Shown here: piece after piece, positions 36,900-48,626 of the stretch
How the letters are laid out: every line of letters begins with the position of its first letter
Position numbering within the stretch: position 1 is the stretch's first letter
The notes under the pieces: model-generated
What the model was told of the DNA's origin: nothing
The model's database searches: none
What the model saw: the letters and a program-made list of their open reading frames with translations, nothing else
NCBI GenBank assembly: GCA_950097015.1
Contig: CATNEN010000024.1
Coordinates: forward strand, 5,394,001-5,458,000
Length of the DNA: 64,000 nucleotides
DNA from: Macrostomum hystrix
Lineage: Eukaryota > Animalia > Platyhelminthes
Direction of reading: 5' to 3'
Translations under genes and position numbers: made by a program

Positions 36900-38825
36900 A
36901 TGCTTTCTCAGGCTCAAAAAACGCAACCGCCATCATCACAGCAGCAACAGCAGCCGCCTCACTCGTCGCAGCAACAGCAGCAGCAGCAGCTTCAGCCTGT
37001 GCTCTCTCGTTACCAGCTATCTGAGCAAGTGGACCTTGTAGATGCTTATAACCTGAAGCAAGTAGACTTGACCAGGGCCAAACAGCCGCTTTGGCTAGTG
37101 AAGGTGCCAAAATATCTGGACGAATTGTGGCGAAAGGCTCGCGACAAGCAGGAAGTCGGCTATTTAGTTACAACTGAAGGTGGAGGCGACAGCGGCAGCG
37201 GAAAGGGTGTCAACTTGAGACCTTCGGAGGCCGCGTTGTCTATGGCCGATCGGCCAGAATTGATTCCTCGCGAGCACTCATTTATTATTGATCCATCTGG
37301 CGGTGGCCGTAATCAACAGACTCTGCTGGTGCTGCAGGTCTGTCCTCTTCTAGGGACCGAAGGTTATTAGGCTTAGCGATGTATTTAATAATAGATAATA
37401 TTTGGTGGGAGAAGGACCTTATTAAACAGTAGAACTACCAATGGGGAAAACCAACTTTTTTCGCGCATCCTTTGAAACAAGAAACAAGTCGCCAGCTCTT
37501 CGGGCCGTCGAGATATTCAAGGGTTCTGATCAGATTTTTCCCATAAGCGCTAGTGTATTTCATTCGCACTGCGAAATCGGCCTTTAAAATTTATCTAGAT
37601 AGACTGCTGGACCTTCAAAGGCTACAACAGGTGGAACTATGCCACTATGGACATCCTGACTCAAATGTTTTCATTTCAGATTTCAATGATAAAGCATAAA
37701 TATTAGGCGCAGCTCAACCACATGACATTCTGGGGAAGGAATTCTTCCCTGCTACTAAAACGGGCAGCAAAATGGCTTGGTAGTCCTACTGTTAATTCCC
37801 TTGTACACCATCCGCAGCAGGAGGAGTTCACCCGGAGAAGGACCCTATTTAATCCCTTGTACACCATCCGCTGCAGGAGGAGTTCACCCGCCGGTCCGGT
37901 CAGCCGGACGGTCAGTTGGAGTCGCGAGCCTCTCTCTACGGCACCGTGCGTCGTCGAGTCGAATGTCGACCGCAGAATCCGGCTGATCATATGCGCCTGA
38001 AGCGGCATCAGATGGAGCAGAGTCGCAGCGGCAAGTTTCAGGCTTCCCAGCTGGATAAGCAGGTACAATTTGATAGAAATAGCAACGACACCTTAACCCC
38101 AGTTGTTCTTGAGGTGGATTACTAGCCGCAGCTATAGCCGGGGCCAGCCATCTAAATCTCCTTTCCAACTAATTCTGGCGCCAGTCTTGTTTAGTGCTCA
38201 GAAGCTTTAATCACTCGGCTAAAACCTACAAATCACTGCAAAGTTGGACTTATTACTTAATGGTCGGGGGTTCGAATCCCGACTCCACTTGCAAGACACT
38301 TGACTCTGCATTGCTTCAGTCAACCTACCTGCCTGTCATTTATTTATCGTGCGGTAAATGTGCCGTACCTGTGCGGTCTAGAATCATAGTGTTTAACTTA
38401 CCTGTCGGAGTAACCAAGTTGCCCTTAATAATTCGCCAATTCTCAAGGTACAGCCGCGCAAGCCGATGGTGTCCCACGCCGGCATCGATGCGATGAAGCA
38501 GAAGCGCAAAGATGAGGGCAAGAAGCTGCGCGACTCGCGCGATGCTGTTCAGGCAAAGCTATTCGTCGCCTTCGAGAAGCATCAGTACTACAGTGTACGA
38601 GATCTGGTTAACATCACGAAGCAGCCCCTGCCGTTTCTCAAGGACATTCTTAAAGAGATCGCAGTGCACAATAACCAGGGCCCCCACAAAAACATGTGGG
38701 AACTCAAGCCTGAGTACAGACACTACAAGCGACAGCAGTCTGCTGATGACGGCGAAGGCGGTGCCGGCGCTTCCAACTCGATGGAGGACACGTCCGGTGA
38801 TGCCGACGATTTGCAAGTTGTGTGA
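36900..38825 (+). CDS. GTF2F2: General transcription factor IIF subunit 2 (RAP30); join(36900..37337,37877..38062,38448..38825), ~333 aa
   Basis: DLTRAKQPLWLVKVPKYLDELW, IPREH, RVECRP..HMRLKR, and winged helix LFVAFEKHQYYSVRDLVNITKQP..LKDILKEI..HKNMWELKPEYRHY. Both introns phase 0. Confidence 0.95.
37427..37680 (-). mobile_element. Truncated inverted copy of the CAGTAG-TIR element (GTF2F2 intron 1)
   Basis: Starts CAGTAGAACTACCAATGGGG. GGCTACAACAGGTGGAACTATGCCACTATGGACATCCTGAC is the reverse complement of the internal segment in the other two copies. Confidence 0.6.
38240..38340 (+). mobile_element. SINE family B fragment (GTF2F2 intron 2)
   Basis: GGGGTTCGAATCCC B box followed by GCAAGACACTTGACTCTGCATTGCTTCAGT. 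Confidence 0.65.
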
Positions 38826-38909
38826 AAACTTTATATGCTAAGTACAACTGCTTCAGTGCATTTTTCTCAGTTTCCGCTTCTGTCTGTTAGCGCTGGTTGC
38901 CCTTTTAGT

Positions 38910-39190
38910 GGGTCGCCGGTGTCCCCCTTGCTCTCCCTGTCCCTCAGATAATCCCCTTATGCCCCCTTGCTCTCCCTGTCCCTCAGATGATCCCCTTATG
39001 CCCCCTTGCTCTCCCTGTCCCTCAGATAATCCCCTTATGCCCCCTTGCTCTCCCTGTCCCTCAGATAATCCCCTTATGTCCCCTTGCTCTCCCTGTCCCT
39101 CAGTTAATCCCCGGTGTCCCCTTTGCTCTCCCTGTCCCTCAGTTAATCCCCGGTGTCCCCCTTGCTCTCCCTGTCCCTCACTGGGTCGCC
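38910..39190. repeat. 39-bp C-rich minisatellite, ~7 copies, GTF2F2 3' UTR
   Basis: Unit CCCCCTTGCTCTCCCTGTCCCTCAGATAATCCCCTTATG. Confidence 0.95.
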
Positions 39191-39394
39191 GATGTACCTT
39201 CGTTCTTTATGTTTATCAGTGAAAAGCGTTGCGCTAGCTTATTATTCAGATAAAGCTATGTGAAAGAATAAGATTTACATTGCAAGCGTTGAAATGTTTT
39301 ATTCCTACATGAATTAAATTCATGTGGTGTTGTTTTTTTATTTTTAACCGTCTGACTTGAATTTAAAATTTTACGATTACACAACCTCGCTTTA

Positions 39395-39400
39395 AATAAA
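39395..39400 (+). terminator. Probable polyadenylation signal of GTF2F2
   Basis: AATAAA followed by a GT/T-rich tract (GTGTTCATTGTTGTTG). Confidence 0.6.
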
Positions 39401-39601
39401 AACAGTGTTCATTGTTGTTGCATTGTTGCATTGTTCTTTTTCTTTTCTTTTCTATGCCACGAGAAATCTGCAGAAGGAAACGAGGAGGCAGGAACGAAGA
39501 GAAGTTTTACAAATAGCTAACTGCCGAATTTTTTTTCCAGCTTTAGCCGACGGTTCGGACTTGCGCTTTGAAAATAACAGAAGCCCAGCACTTGATTGAG
39601 T

Positions 39602-42600
39602 ATGCTTCGCCCTGAAGTCAAGCGTTCGGGCCTGTCGTCAGCATCAGCAGCCGGACAACTAGCGGCTGCTCCAGTAGCGCCGAACGGTGCAGCCTCCACA
39701 GCCAGTGCCGACAGCGACACCGCCGACATTCAGAGTATGTCGGCCCGGCTGCAGCAGATTCGGCACTATCTGCGCCAGGCGGCCGCTCTCAGGCGCTCAG
39801 TTGGCGGCCGGCAGGGCCGTAATCTGGACAGCCTCATGCAGCAGCTGGCCGAGCAGGAGAGCCAGTGCGCCGCCGCCCTGGAGGCCTGCCTGAGACTCGA
39901 CGCCGGCGTCGATTTAGCCGTCGAAAGGCAGTCGGATGGCGAGCGAGGCAGCGAAGACGAAGAGCAAGATGACGATCAGAACGGAGTCAATGGCGCTGTT
40001 GACGACGACGAAGATGAGGATGAGAAGGAGCAGGCCGCTGTGGCTGCAACCGAGCGGCCAACCATCGAGTCCAAGCTTGGCCGGCATCCGGACACGGCCG
40101 ACACTTCGCAGTGCGGCGACGGAGATGTCGATCGCGACAGCGGAGAGGAGCTGGAGGCTCTGCGCAATCAGCGAGATCTTCTGCGCCGCATGTTGCAGGT
40201 GAGTCTTATTTGAGTATTGGCGTTTGCTGGATTCTGAATCGAACATTTCCTACCCCAGCTGATGCTAACACCCATTTTACAGCTAGAGTGGGCTGTGATT
40301 CGAACTCCCGGCCTACCGGTCAGAAGTCCGAAACCACTAGGCTACAAGCTCCCCGGATAGCATTGTAGTTAAAAATAGGAGACAGAAAACTCCACTTCCA
40401 CTGTCTGATCAGTTGACTAACTTTCCTGCTCACTAGCCACAGTCGTATCTACAGCAGCAGCAGCAGCATCGCCAGTTGCCGGCTCTCCCTTCTCAGAGTG
40501 AGCAAAGCGCAGCGGAGGCTGTCCTGTTAGCCAGGCGCCTAGCTGAGCTGGAGTCCCGCCGAGTCCGCCTTGACCGGACGCTGGAAGAGCTAGCCGCTCT
40601 GCGGGCCGAGGCATCAACTACTAGCACGGAGGTGCAGGCGGCGGCCGAGTCGGCCAGCGCCGGCCACACCGCTGGCGAAGCCGCCCAGCTGCTTGGCGCC
40701 ATGGAGACCATGCAGGCCAGGCTGGACCGGCTGCGCACGGTGCGCGATCGCCTCGCCGGAGTTCGTCAACTAGCTGACGATTATCGACGATCTGCGTTGT
40801 TGGCCAACGATTCAGCGACCGTTGAAAGTGATGTCGACGTAGCCCAAAGAGAGTTGCACCAGCTGGTTCGCGAACGTCAGCGCTTAGTCGATCTGCAGAC
40901 AGAACTAGAGCGGCTGCACTCGGCCGCTGGTCGCGATGCCGCAGCGCTGGCCAACGACACCTTCGATGAGGACGACGATCCGAATTTAGAGGCCGGCGGC
41001 GGGCAGGAGGAAGAGGAAGAAGAAGAGGCTGCCGGAAACGATGCCGGAAACGATTCAGATAGCGATGGCGACGGCGACGATTCGGCGACATTCCCGGCTG
41101 GTCTGGAAGCGCGGGAGCGACAGCGTCGGGCGCAGATCCCGACCGCCGCTGCGACTCCGGGGGTTGAAGCTGGACTCGGCAGTGGCGCTCAAGTTGCAGT
41201 TTGCCTTCAGCAGTGCTGCGCCTTGCTGACCGCTCAGCAGCAGCAGCTGCATCGGCTCACTGAGCAGGTGAACAATCTGCAGCTGAGACAGCAGCAGCCA
41301 GTGTATCAGAATCAGAGCTATCCGGGCTACTGGTGGGGATTCTGGGGCCAGCATCATCCTTATCAACAGCTGCCTCAGCAGCAGGGCAAGTGCGGCTTTT
41401 GCTGCTCCTGTTCTGGTCAGCGGCTGACAGTGTCTGCCAATCAAGCTACTGTTGGTTCGCAGACCGACCTGACAAGTGCTGCCGCCGCCGAATCCGCCGA
41501 GTCTGCGTTAGCGCCGGCCATGTCCCAGTCGGAGGCGGAAAATTCCGATGCTCCCCAGCAGGGCTTCGATCGACTGCGCGAGAGCATCTACTCTGAAGTG
41601 GCCGCCGTCATCTCACAGAATGAGTCGCGCCCGCACTTCTTAGTTGAGCTGTTCCGCGAGTTGCAGCTGCTGTCCACGGATAGTCTTCGCCAGCGGGCTC
41701 TGCAGCAGCTGCAGCGGCTGGTCAACGGCTATCTGGCATCCAGGCCGCCTTGGCTGCGCGACAGCGACGATGGTAGCGATGTCGATGGCAACCGTGTCGA
41801 CAAGAAATCCGCAGCTGCAGTTGTGGATGTTGAACAGACACCATCGGAGAGTTACGCCACAACCTCGGCAACAGGGGAGGCTGCCGGAGATGCCGGTGCT
41901 GGTCGCCGTCGATCCAGCGGCAGTGTGTCACCGTTTGCTCGCGATTCATTAGGCGATACAGCCATTAACTTAGATCGGGCTATGAGCCAGATTCGTCTGC
42001 AGCAACAGCAGCAGCAACATCGCCAGCATCTATTATCGTCGTCTTCTTCCGGCGGACGAGCCGCCGTTGCCGCCGGCGCCTCAGCCAGCGGGCGAATCGA
42101 CGCCGAGCGACTGGACCGTCAGGTGAAGTCGGTGGTGCGGCATCTTATCCCGGCGCTGCGGACCCACGCCCAGGAGGTGGCCACGCCGCAGCTGCTGGCC
42201 TGGGTGGCCGATTTGGCTCTGCAACGCGTCCAACTGTTTCTGGTGAGTGGTTTAAGTTTTATTGAGAATTTAATTGCAGCCCCTTTAACAGTAGGACTAC
42301 CAAGCCATTTTGTACCAAGGAGAGGGGGGGTTTTTTAGGTTGGAGACTGATTGGTTGACACACTAGGCGATGGTGTACTGTGGTTGAGCTGTGCCTAATA
42401 TTTAGGCTTGATCAGTGAAATTGGAGAAATTCGCGTCAGGGTGTCCATGGTGGCCTATTTGCACCTGTTGTAGCCCTTGACGGTCCAGAAAATCCGTCTA
42501 TATTAAGGTAGGTGACCACCGAAGACGAAGGTGATGCAGGCGCATTCGGGTGACATGCTGAAAAATTTTGAAGTCCTGGCAAGGCCGCACCGAGGCGCAG

Positions 42601-43702
42601 TGCTAATTCGTGCATAGGGGTTTGTGAGACACACTAGCGCTTACAGGAAAATCTGGCCATTGAATATCTCGACGTTCTGAAGAACCCGCGAGCTGATTCT
42701 TGTTTCTAAAGATGCGCAACAAAAAGTTGGCCCGTGTTCTTGGGTTTCGTGTGCTTGCGTTGCTCCGCTCGGGTGCAGCACAAATAATTGTCTAGGGGAG
42801 AAATCCCCCTTGGCAGTTCTACTGTAAAGTTAGTATAAAATGTTAATTAAAGTTAAAAAATGTCTACTAACCGTATGTTACCAAGGATCCTACTGCCGGC
42901 GATGACGTCAGCGATGCCGTGAGCAGCGCCGCTTCATCCACCTCTGGCCGCGACGCGGCCTTATCTCAAGACAGCGAATTCGACAGGTTCTTTGCCCGCC
43001 AGCTGGCCGGCCTCCTCACCGACTCGCTGGCCAGATTTTGCGGTCATCGCCTTGTCGACTGCACCGAGGATATGCTGGTGGATCTCAGCGAGTTGCTTTT
43101 CAACGAGTTGGCCTTCTTTCGACTAGTCAACAATTTGGATGTCAATGGCGACGATGATGAAGGCAATGACGCGGTCGGCGATAGACAAAATAAGGCCGCC
43201 GACCGATTCGCTGCCGTTGATGATACAGACAGCGTGGCCACGGAAGAAGCGTCTGGCGTCGAGAAAGGCGAAGGCAAGGGCGAAGAAAATGATGGCGACA
43301 GCGAGGAAGATAAGGGCGATGGTGAAGATGCTAATGGCGACGGCGAGGAAGATGAGGGCGATGGCGAGGATGCTAATGGCGACGGCGAGGAAGATGAGGG
43401 CGATGGCGAAGGCTCTGATGCTGGAACAGCGTCTGCCCAGCCAGTGGACGATTATTCCGACGATTTCGAAGAGGCAGCTAACAGTAGCGACGCAGAAAAG
43501 TTGCCTAAAGTTGACCAGATGCCCGACGGACAACAGCGAGACGGCGAAGGCGAGGGCGAGACTAAACAAGTAAAAAAAGTTTAGCCCTTGTTATTTATTT
43601 CGTTTTTTTTTCACAATTGACATCTTAATAAAAAATGACTAACGTAAATTGATTTTTCAGGTTTCCATGACAACGGTTGATAAGCCGAACGGAGATGCCT
43701 AG
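39602..43702 (+). CDS. PCM1: Pericentriolar material 1 (centriolar satellite scaffold); join(39602..40198,40437..42242,42886..43569,43661..43702), ~1040 aa
   Basis: ARLQQIRHYLRQA, LRNQRDLLRRMLQ, and PCM1 C-terminal blocks FDRLRESIYSEVAAVISQNESRPHFLVELFRELQLL and FFARQLAGLLTDSLARF..DLSELLFNELAFFRL. All introns phase 0. Confidence 0.9.
40270..40345 (-). mobile_element. tRNA-like SINE head fragment (PCM1 intron 1)
   Basis: Reverse strand reads TGTAGCCTAGTGG...GAGTTCGAATC, with the same A box as family B. Confidence 0.55.
42289..42824. mobile_element. 536-bp non-autonomous DNA element, 16-bp TIR, TAA flanks (PCM1 intron)
   Basis: CAGTAGGACTACCAAG...CTTGGCAGTTCTACTG (14/16 match), with TAA on both sides. 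Two further copies in the window. Confidence 0.8.
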
Positions 43703-44382
43703 GCAAATGATGCGAATGTAATGTTTTAGTTTTTAATTTATAATGTGCTTCTTGATTGTTTTTATAAATAAGCAAATTAATTTGACTGCTGCTAATAATT
43801 TCAGACAGATCTACCGATTATTTCTATTACGAGTACTTTTTTTATTTTTATGCCCAAAATTCACAAATTTGACACTTTTATATGCTGCAGCTCTTTTGTT
43901 GCTGCACTTTAAACAATTCCGTCCATCATATTCAAGTTTTTACTATTTAATTCGATAGACTAGACTTGGTCAGATTAAATTGAGTTCCATTCGAAACCCA
44001 CGTTAGTTAGTTAGTTTATTAAACAATTAAATGTTGCGGTCTGCTAGTCGGCCGGAAATTGTGTTTAAAATGGTCAAAAAATTATTGACTTATAGAAAGA
44101 CTTTGCTGTAAGTTTTTAGCTGTATCTATGCAGCTGCGACTGTGGTTATTTTGTAATAATTATCCCTACGCAAATATATTTTTACTACATTCCTAACTTT
44201 TATATTCCACTTTTTATGCCCCTCTTTCTTTCTTCGATGGCTCATTCACATATGCCTTATATTCATGTGCCTACACAGTAAGTGGCTAGTTTATGCACTT
44301 TTTCTAGAAGGATCTAGCGTGACATTGTGAGCTTTTTTGCATCATGTACGTGCTTTGATAACAAGGTCAAATAATCATCGGC

Positions 44383-44755
44383 GTTCCCCAACCCCACCCA
44401 TCTCAGTGTACATCCCAGGTCCCCAACCCCACCCATCTCAGTGTACATCCCAGGTCCCCAACCCCACCCATCTCAGTGTACATCCCAGGTCCCCAACCCC
44501 ACCCATTTCAGTGTACATCCCAGGTCCCCAACCCACACTTATTTCTTATCTCAGTGTACATCCGAGGTCCCCAACCCAACCCATTTCAGTGTACATCCCA
44601 GGTCCCCAACCCCACCCATCTCAGTTTACATCCCAGCCCCAACCCACACTTATCTCTTATCTCAGTGTACATTTGAGGTCCCCAACCCAACCCATTTCAG
44701 TGTACATCCCAGGTCCCCAACCCACACTCATCTCTTATCTCAGTGAACATCCGAG
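44383..44755. repeat. 35-bp C-rich minisatellite (CCCCAACCCCACCCATCTCAGTGTACATCCCAGGT), ~10 copies
   Basis: Directly visible. Confidence 0.93.
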
Positions 44756-45104
44756 TTCACAAGCATGGTTTTAAGCACACGGAAGTCTGTTGCAGTGTAG
44801 ATATCATATTTCACGTAGGGTGTTAGCATTAGGTCTTTATTCCTCTATCACTAAATGCCTCTATCTACCGATTTTTACAAAACTCTGCTGCCTTCTTTTC
44901 TATAATTTCTTCTTTTTTAGCCTGTCAAGTTTGATGTACGGATTGTAACTGTGAAGGAAGTTTAGAGCGAACAAACTTGTCATGCGCTTCGTGTCATTTT
45001 CCTTTTGTTCCCGCTTTTTGTTAACGCATTGTGCACGCCTTTATGGGTATCTCATGGAGATGCAGTGATTTTACTTATTCATTTGAAAATTTTACTGTAA
45101 TCAG

Positions 45105-48100
45105 GTATGCTCTCCTACCACTTCATATCCTCAGACGTAGTCTGTCAGCCTTCCATATCCTCAGGTATGGTCTGTCACCCTTCCATATCCTCAGATATGG
45201 TCTGTCAGCCTTCCATATCCTCAGGTATATAGACTGTTACCCTTCCATATCCTCAGGTATGGTCTGTCACCCTTCCATATCCTCAGATATGGTCTGTCAG
45301 CCTTCCATATCCTCAGGTATATAGACTGTTACCCTTCCATATCCTCAGGTATAGTCTGTTACCCTTCCATATCCTCAGGTATAGTCTGTTACCCTTCCAT
45401 ATCCTCAGGTATAGTCTGTTACCCTTCCATATCCTCAGGTATATAGTCTGTTACCCTTCCATATCCTCAGGTATAGTCTGTTACCCTTCCATATCCTCAG
45501 GTATAGTCTGTCACCCTTCCATATCCTCAGGTATAGTCTGTCACCCTTCCATATCCTCAGGTATGGTCTGTCACCCTTCCATATCCTCAGGTATGGTCTG
45601 TTACCCTTCCATATCCTCAGGTATATAGTCTGTTACCCTTCCATATCCTCAGGTATAGTCTGTTACCCTTCCATATCCTCAGGTATAGTCTGTCACCCTT
45701 CCATATCCTCAGGTATGGTCTGTCACCCTTCCATATCCTCAGGTATAGTCTGTTACCCTTCCATATCCTCAGGTATATAGTCTGTTACCCTTCCATATCC
45801 TCAGGTATATAGTCTGTTACCCTTCCATATCCTCAGGTATAGTCTGTTACCCTTCCATATCCTCAGGTATAGTCTGTCACCCTTCCATATCCTCAGGTAT
45901 AGTCTGTCACCCTTCCATATCCTCAGGTATGGTCTGTCACCCTTCCATATCCTCAGGTATGGTCTGTTACCCTTCCATATCCTCAGGTATATAGTCTGTT
46001 ACCCTTCCATATCCTCAGGTATAGTCTGTTACCCTTCCATATCCTCAGGTATAGTCTGTCACCCTTCCATATCCTCAGGTATGGTCTGTCACCCTTCCAT
46101 ATCCTCAGGTATGGTCTGTTACCCTTCCATATCCTCAGGTATATAGTCTGTTACCCTTCCATATCCTCAGGTATAGTCTGTTACCCTTCCATATCCTCAG
46201 GTATAGTCTGTTACCCTTCCATATCCTCAGGTATATAGTCTGTTACCCTTCCATATCCTCAGGTATAGTCTGTTACCCTTCCATATCCTCAGGTATAGTC
46301 TGTCACCCTTCCATATCCTCAGGTATAGTCTGTCACCCTTCCATATCCTCAGGTATGGTCTGTCACCCTTCCATATCCTCAGGTATGGTCTGTTACCCTT
46401 CCATATCCTCAGGTATATAGTCTGTTACCCTTCCATATCCTCAGGTATAGTCTGTTACCCTTCCATATCCTCAGGTATAGTCTGTTACCCTTCCATATCC
46501 TCAGGTATAGTCTGTTACCCTTCCATATCCTCAGGTATGGTCTGTTACCCTTCCATATCCTCAGGTATATAGTCTGTTACCCTTCCATATCCTCAGGTAT
46601 AGTCTGTTACCCTTCCATATCCTCAGGTATAGTCTCTTACCCTTCCATATCCTCAGGTATAGTCTGTTACCCTTCCATATCCTCAGGTATGGTCTGTTAC
46701 CCTTCCATATCCTCAGGTATATAGTCTGTTACCCTTCCATATCCTCAGGTATAGTCTGTTACCCTTCCATATCCTCAGGTATAGTCTGTCACCCTTCCAT
46801 ATCCTCAGGTATAGTCTGTCACCCTTCCATATCCTCAGGTATGGTCTGTCACCCTTCCATATCCTCAGGTATGGTCTGTTACCCTTCCATATCCTCAGGT
46901 ATATAGTCTGTTACCCTTCCATATCCTCAGGTATAGTCTGTTACCCTTCCATATCATCAGGTATAGTCTGTTACCCTTCCATATCCTCAGGTATAGTCTG
47001 TTACCCTTCCATATCCTCAGGTATGGTCTGTTACCCTTCCATATCCTCAGGTATATAGTCTGTTACCCTTCCATATCCTCAGGTATAGTCTGTTACCCTT
47101 CCATATCCTCAGGTATAGTCTCTTACCCTTCCATATCCTCAGGTATAGTCTGTTACCCTTCCATATCCTCAGGTATGGTCTGTTACCCTTCCATATCCTC
47201 AGGTATATAGTCTGTTACCCTTCCATATCCTCAGGTATAGTCTGTTACCCTTCCATATCCTCAGGTATAGTCTGTTACCCTTCCATATCCTCAGGTATAG
47301 TCTGTCACCCTTCCATATCCTCAGGTATAGTCTGTCACCCTTCCATATCCTCAGGTATGGTCTGTCACCCTTCCATATCCTCAGGTATGGTCTGTTACCC
47401 TTCCATATCCTCAGGTATATAGTCTGTTACCCTTCCATATCCTCAGGTATAGTCTGTTACCCTTCCATATCATCAGGTATAGTCTGTTACCCTTCCATAT
47501 CCTCAGGTATAGTCTGTTACCCTTCCATATCCTCAGGTATGGTCTGTTACCCTTCCATATCCTCAGGTATATAGTCTGTTACCCTTCCATATCCTCAGGT
47601 ATAGTCTGTTACCCTTCCATATCCTCAGGTATAGTCTCTTACCCTTCCATATCCTCAGGTATAGTCTGTTACCCTTCCATATCCTCAGGTATGGTCTGTT
47701 ACCCTTCCATATCCTCAGGTATATAGTCTGTTACCCTTCCATATCCTCAGGTATAGTCTGTTACCCTTCCATATCCTCAGGTATAGTCTGTTACCCTTCC
47801 ATATCCTCAGGTATGGTCTGTTACCCTTCCATATCCTCAGGTATATAGTCTGTTACCCTTCCATATCCTCAGGTATAGTCTGTTACCCTTCCATATCCTC
47901 AGGTATAGTCTGTTACCCTTCCATATCCTCAGGTATAGTCTGTTACCCTTCCATATCCTCAGGTATGGTCTGTTACCCTTCCATATCCTCAGGTATATAG
48001 TCTGTTACCCTTCCATATCCTCAGGTATAGTCTGTTACCCTTCCATATCCTCAGGTATAGTCTCTTACCCTTCCATATCCTCAGGTATAGTCTGTTACCC

Positions 48101-48575
48101 TTCCATCTCCTCAGGTATAGTCTGTTACCCTTCCATATCCCCAGGTATATAGTCTGTTACCCTTCCATATCCTCAGGTATATAGTCTGTTACCCTTCCAT
48201 ATCCTCAGGTATAGTCTGTTACCCTTCCATATCCTCAGGTATAGTCTGTCACCCTTCCATATCCTCAGGTATAGTCTGTTACCCTTCCATATCCTCAGGT
48301 ATAGTCTGTTACCCTTCCGTATCCTCAGGTATAGTCTCTTACCCTTCCATATCCTCAGGTATAGTCTGTTACCCTTCCATATCCTCAGGTATAGTCTCTT
48401 ACCCTTCCATATCCTCAGGTATAGTCTGTTACCCTTCCATATCCTCAGGTATAGTCTGTTACCCTTCCATATCCTCAGGTATAGTCTGTCACCCTTCCAT
48501 ATCCCCAGGTATATAGTCTGTTACCCTTCCATATCCTCAGGTATATAGTCTGTTACTCTTCCATATCCTCAAGTA
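45105..48575. repeat. 30/32-bp satellite (ACCCTTCCATATCCTCAGGTATAGTCTGTT), ~110-115 copies, with higher-order structure
   Basis: Directly visible 3.5-kb array. Confidence 0.98.
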
Positions 48576-48626
48576 TAACTCACCTGACCTGACCTCACGT
48601 CACCTGAACTGCATTCATTGTTCCAG

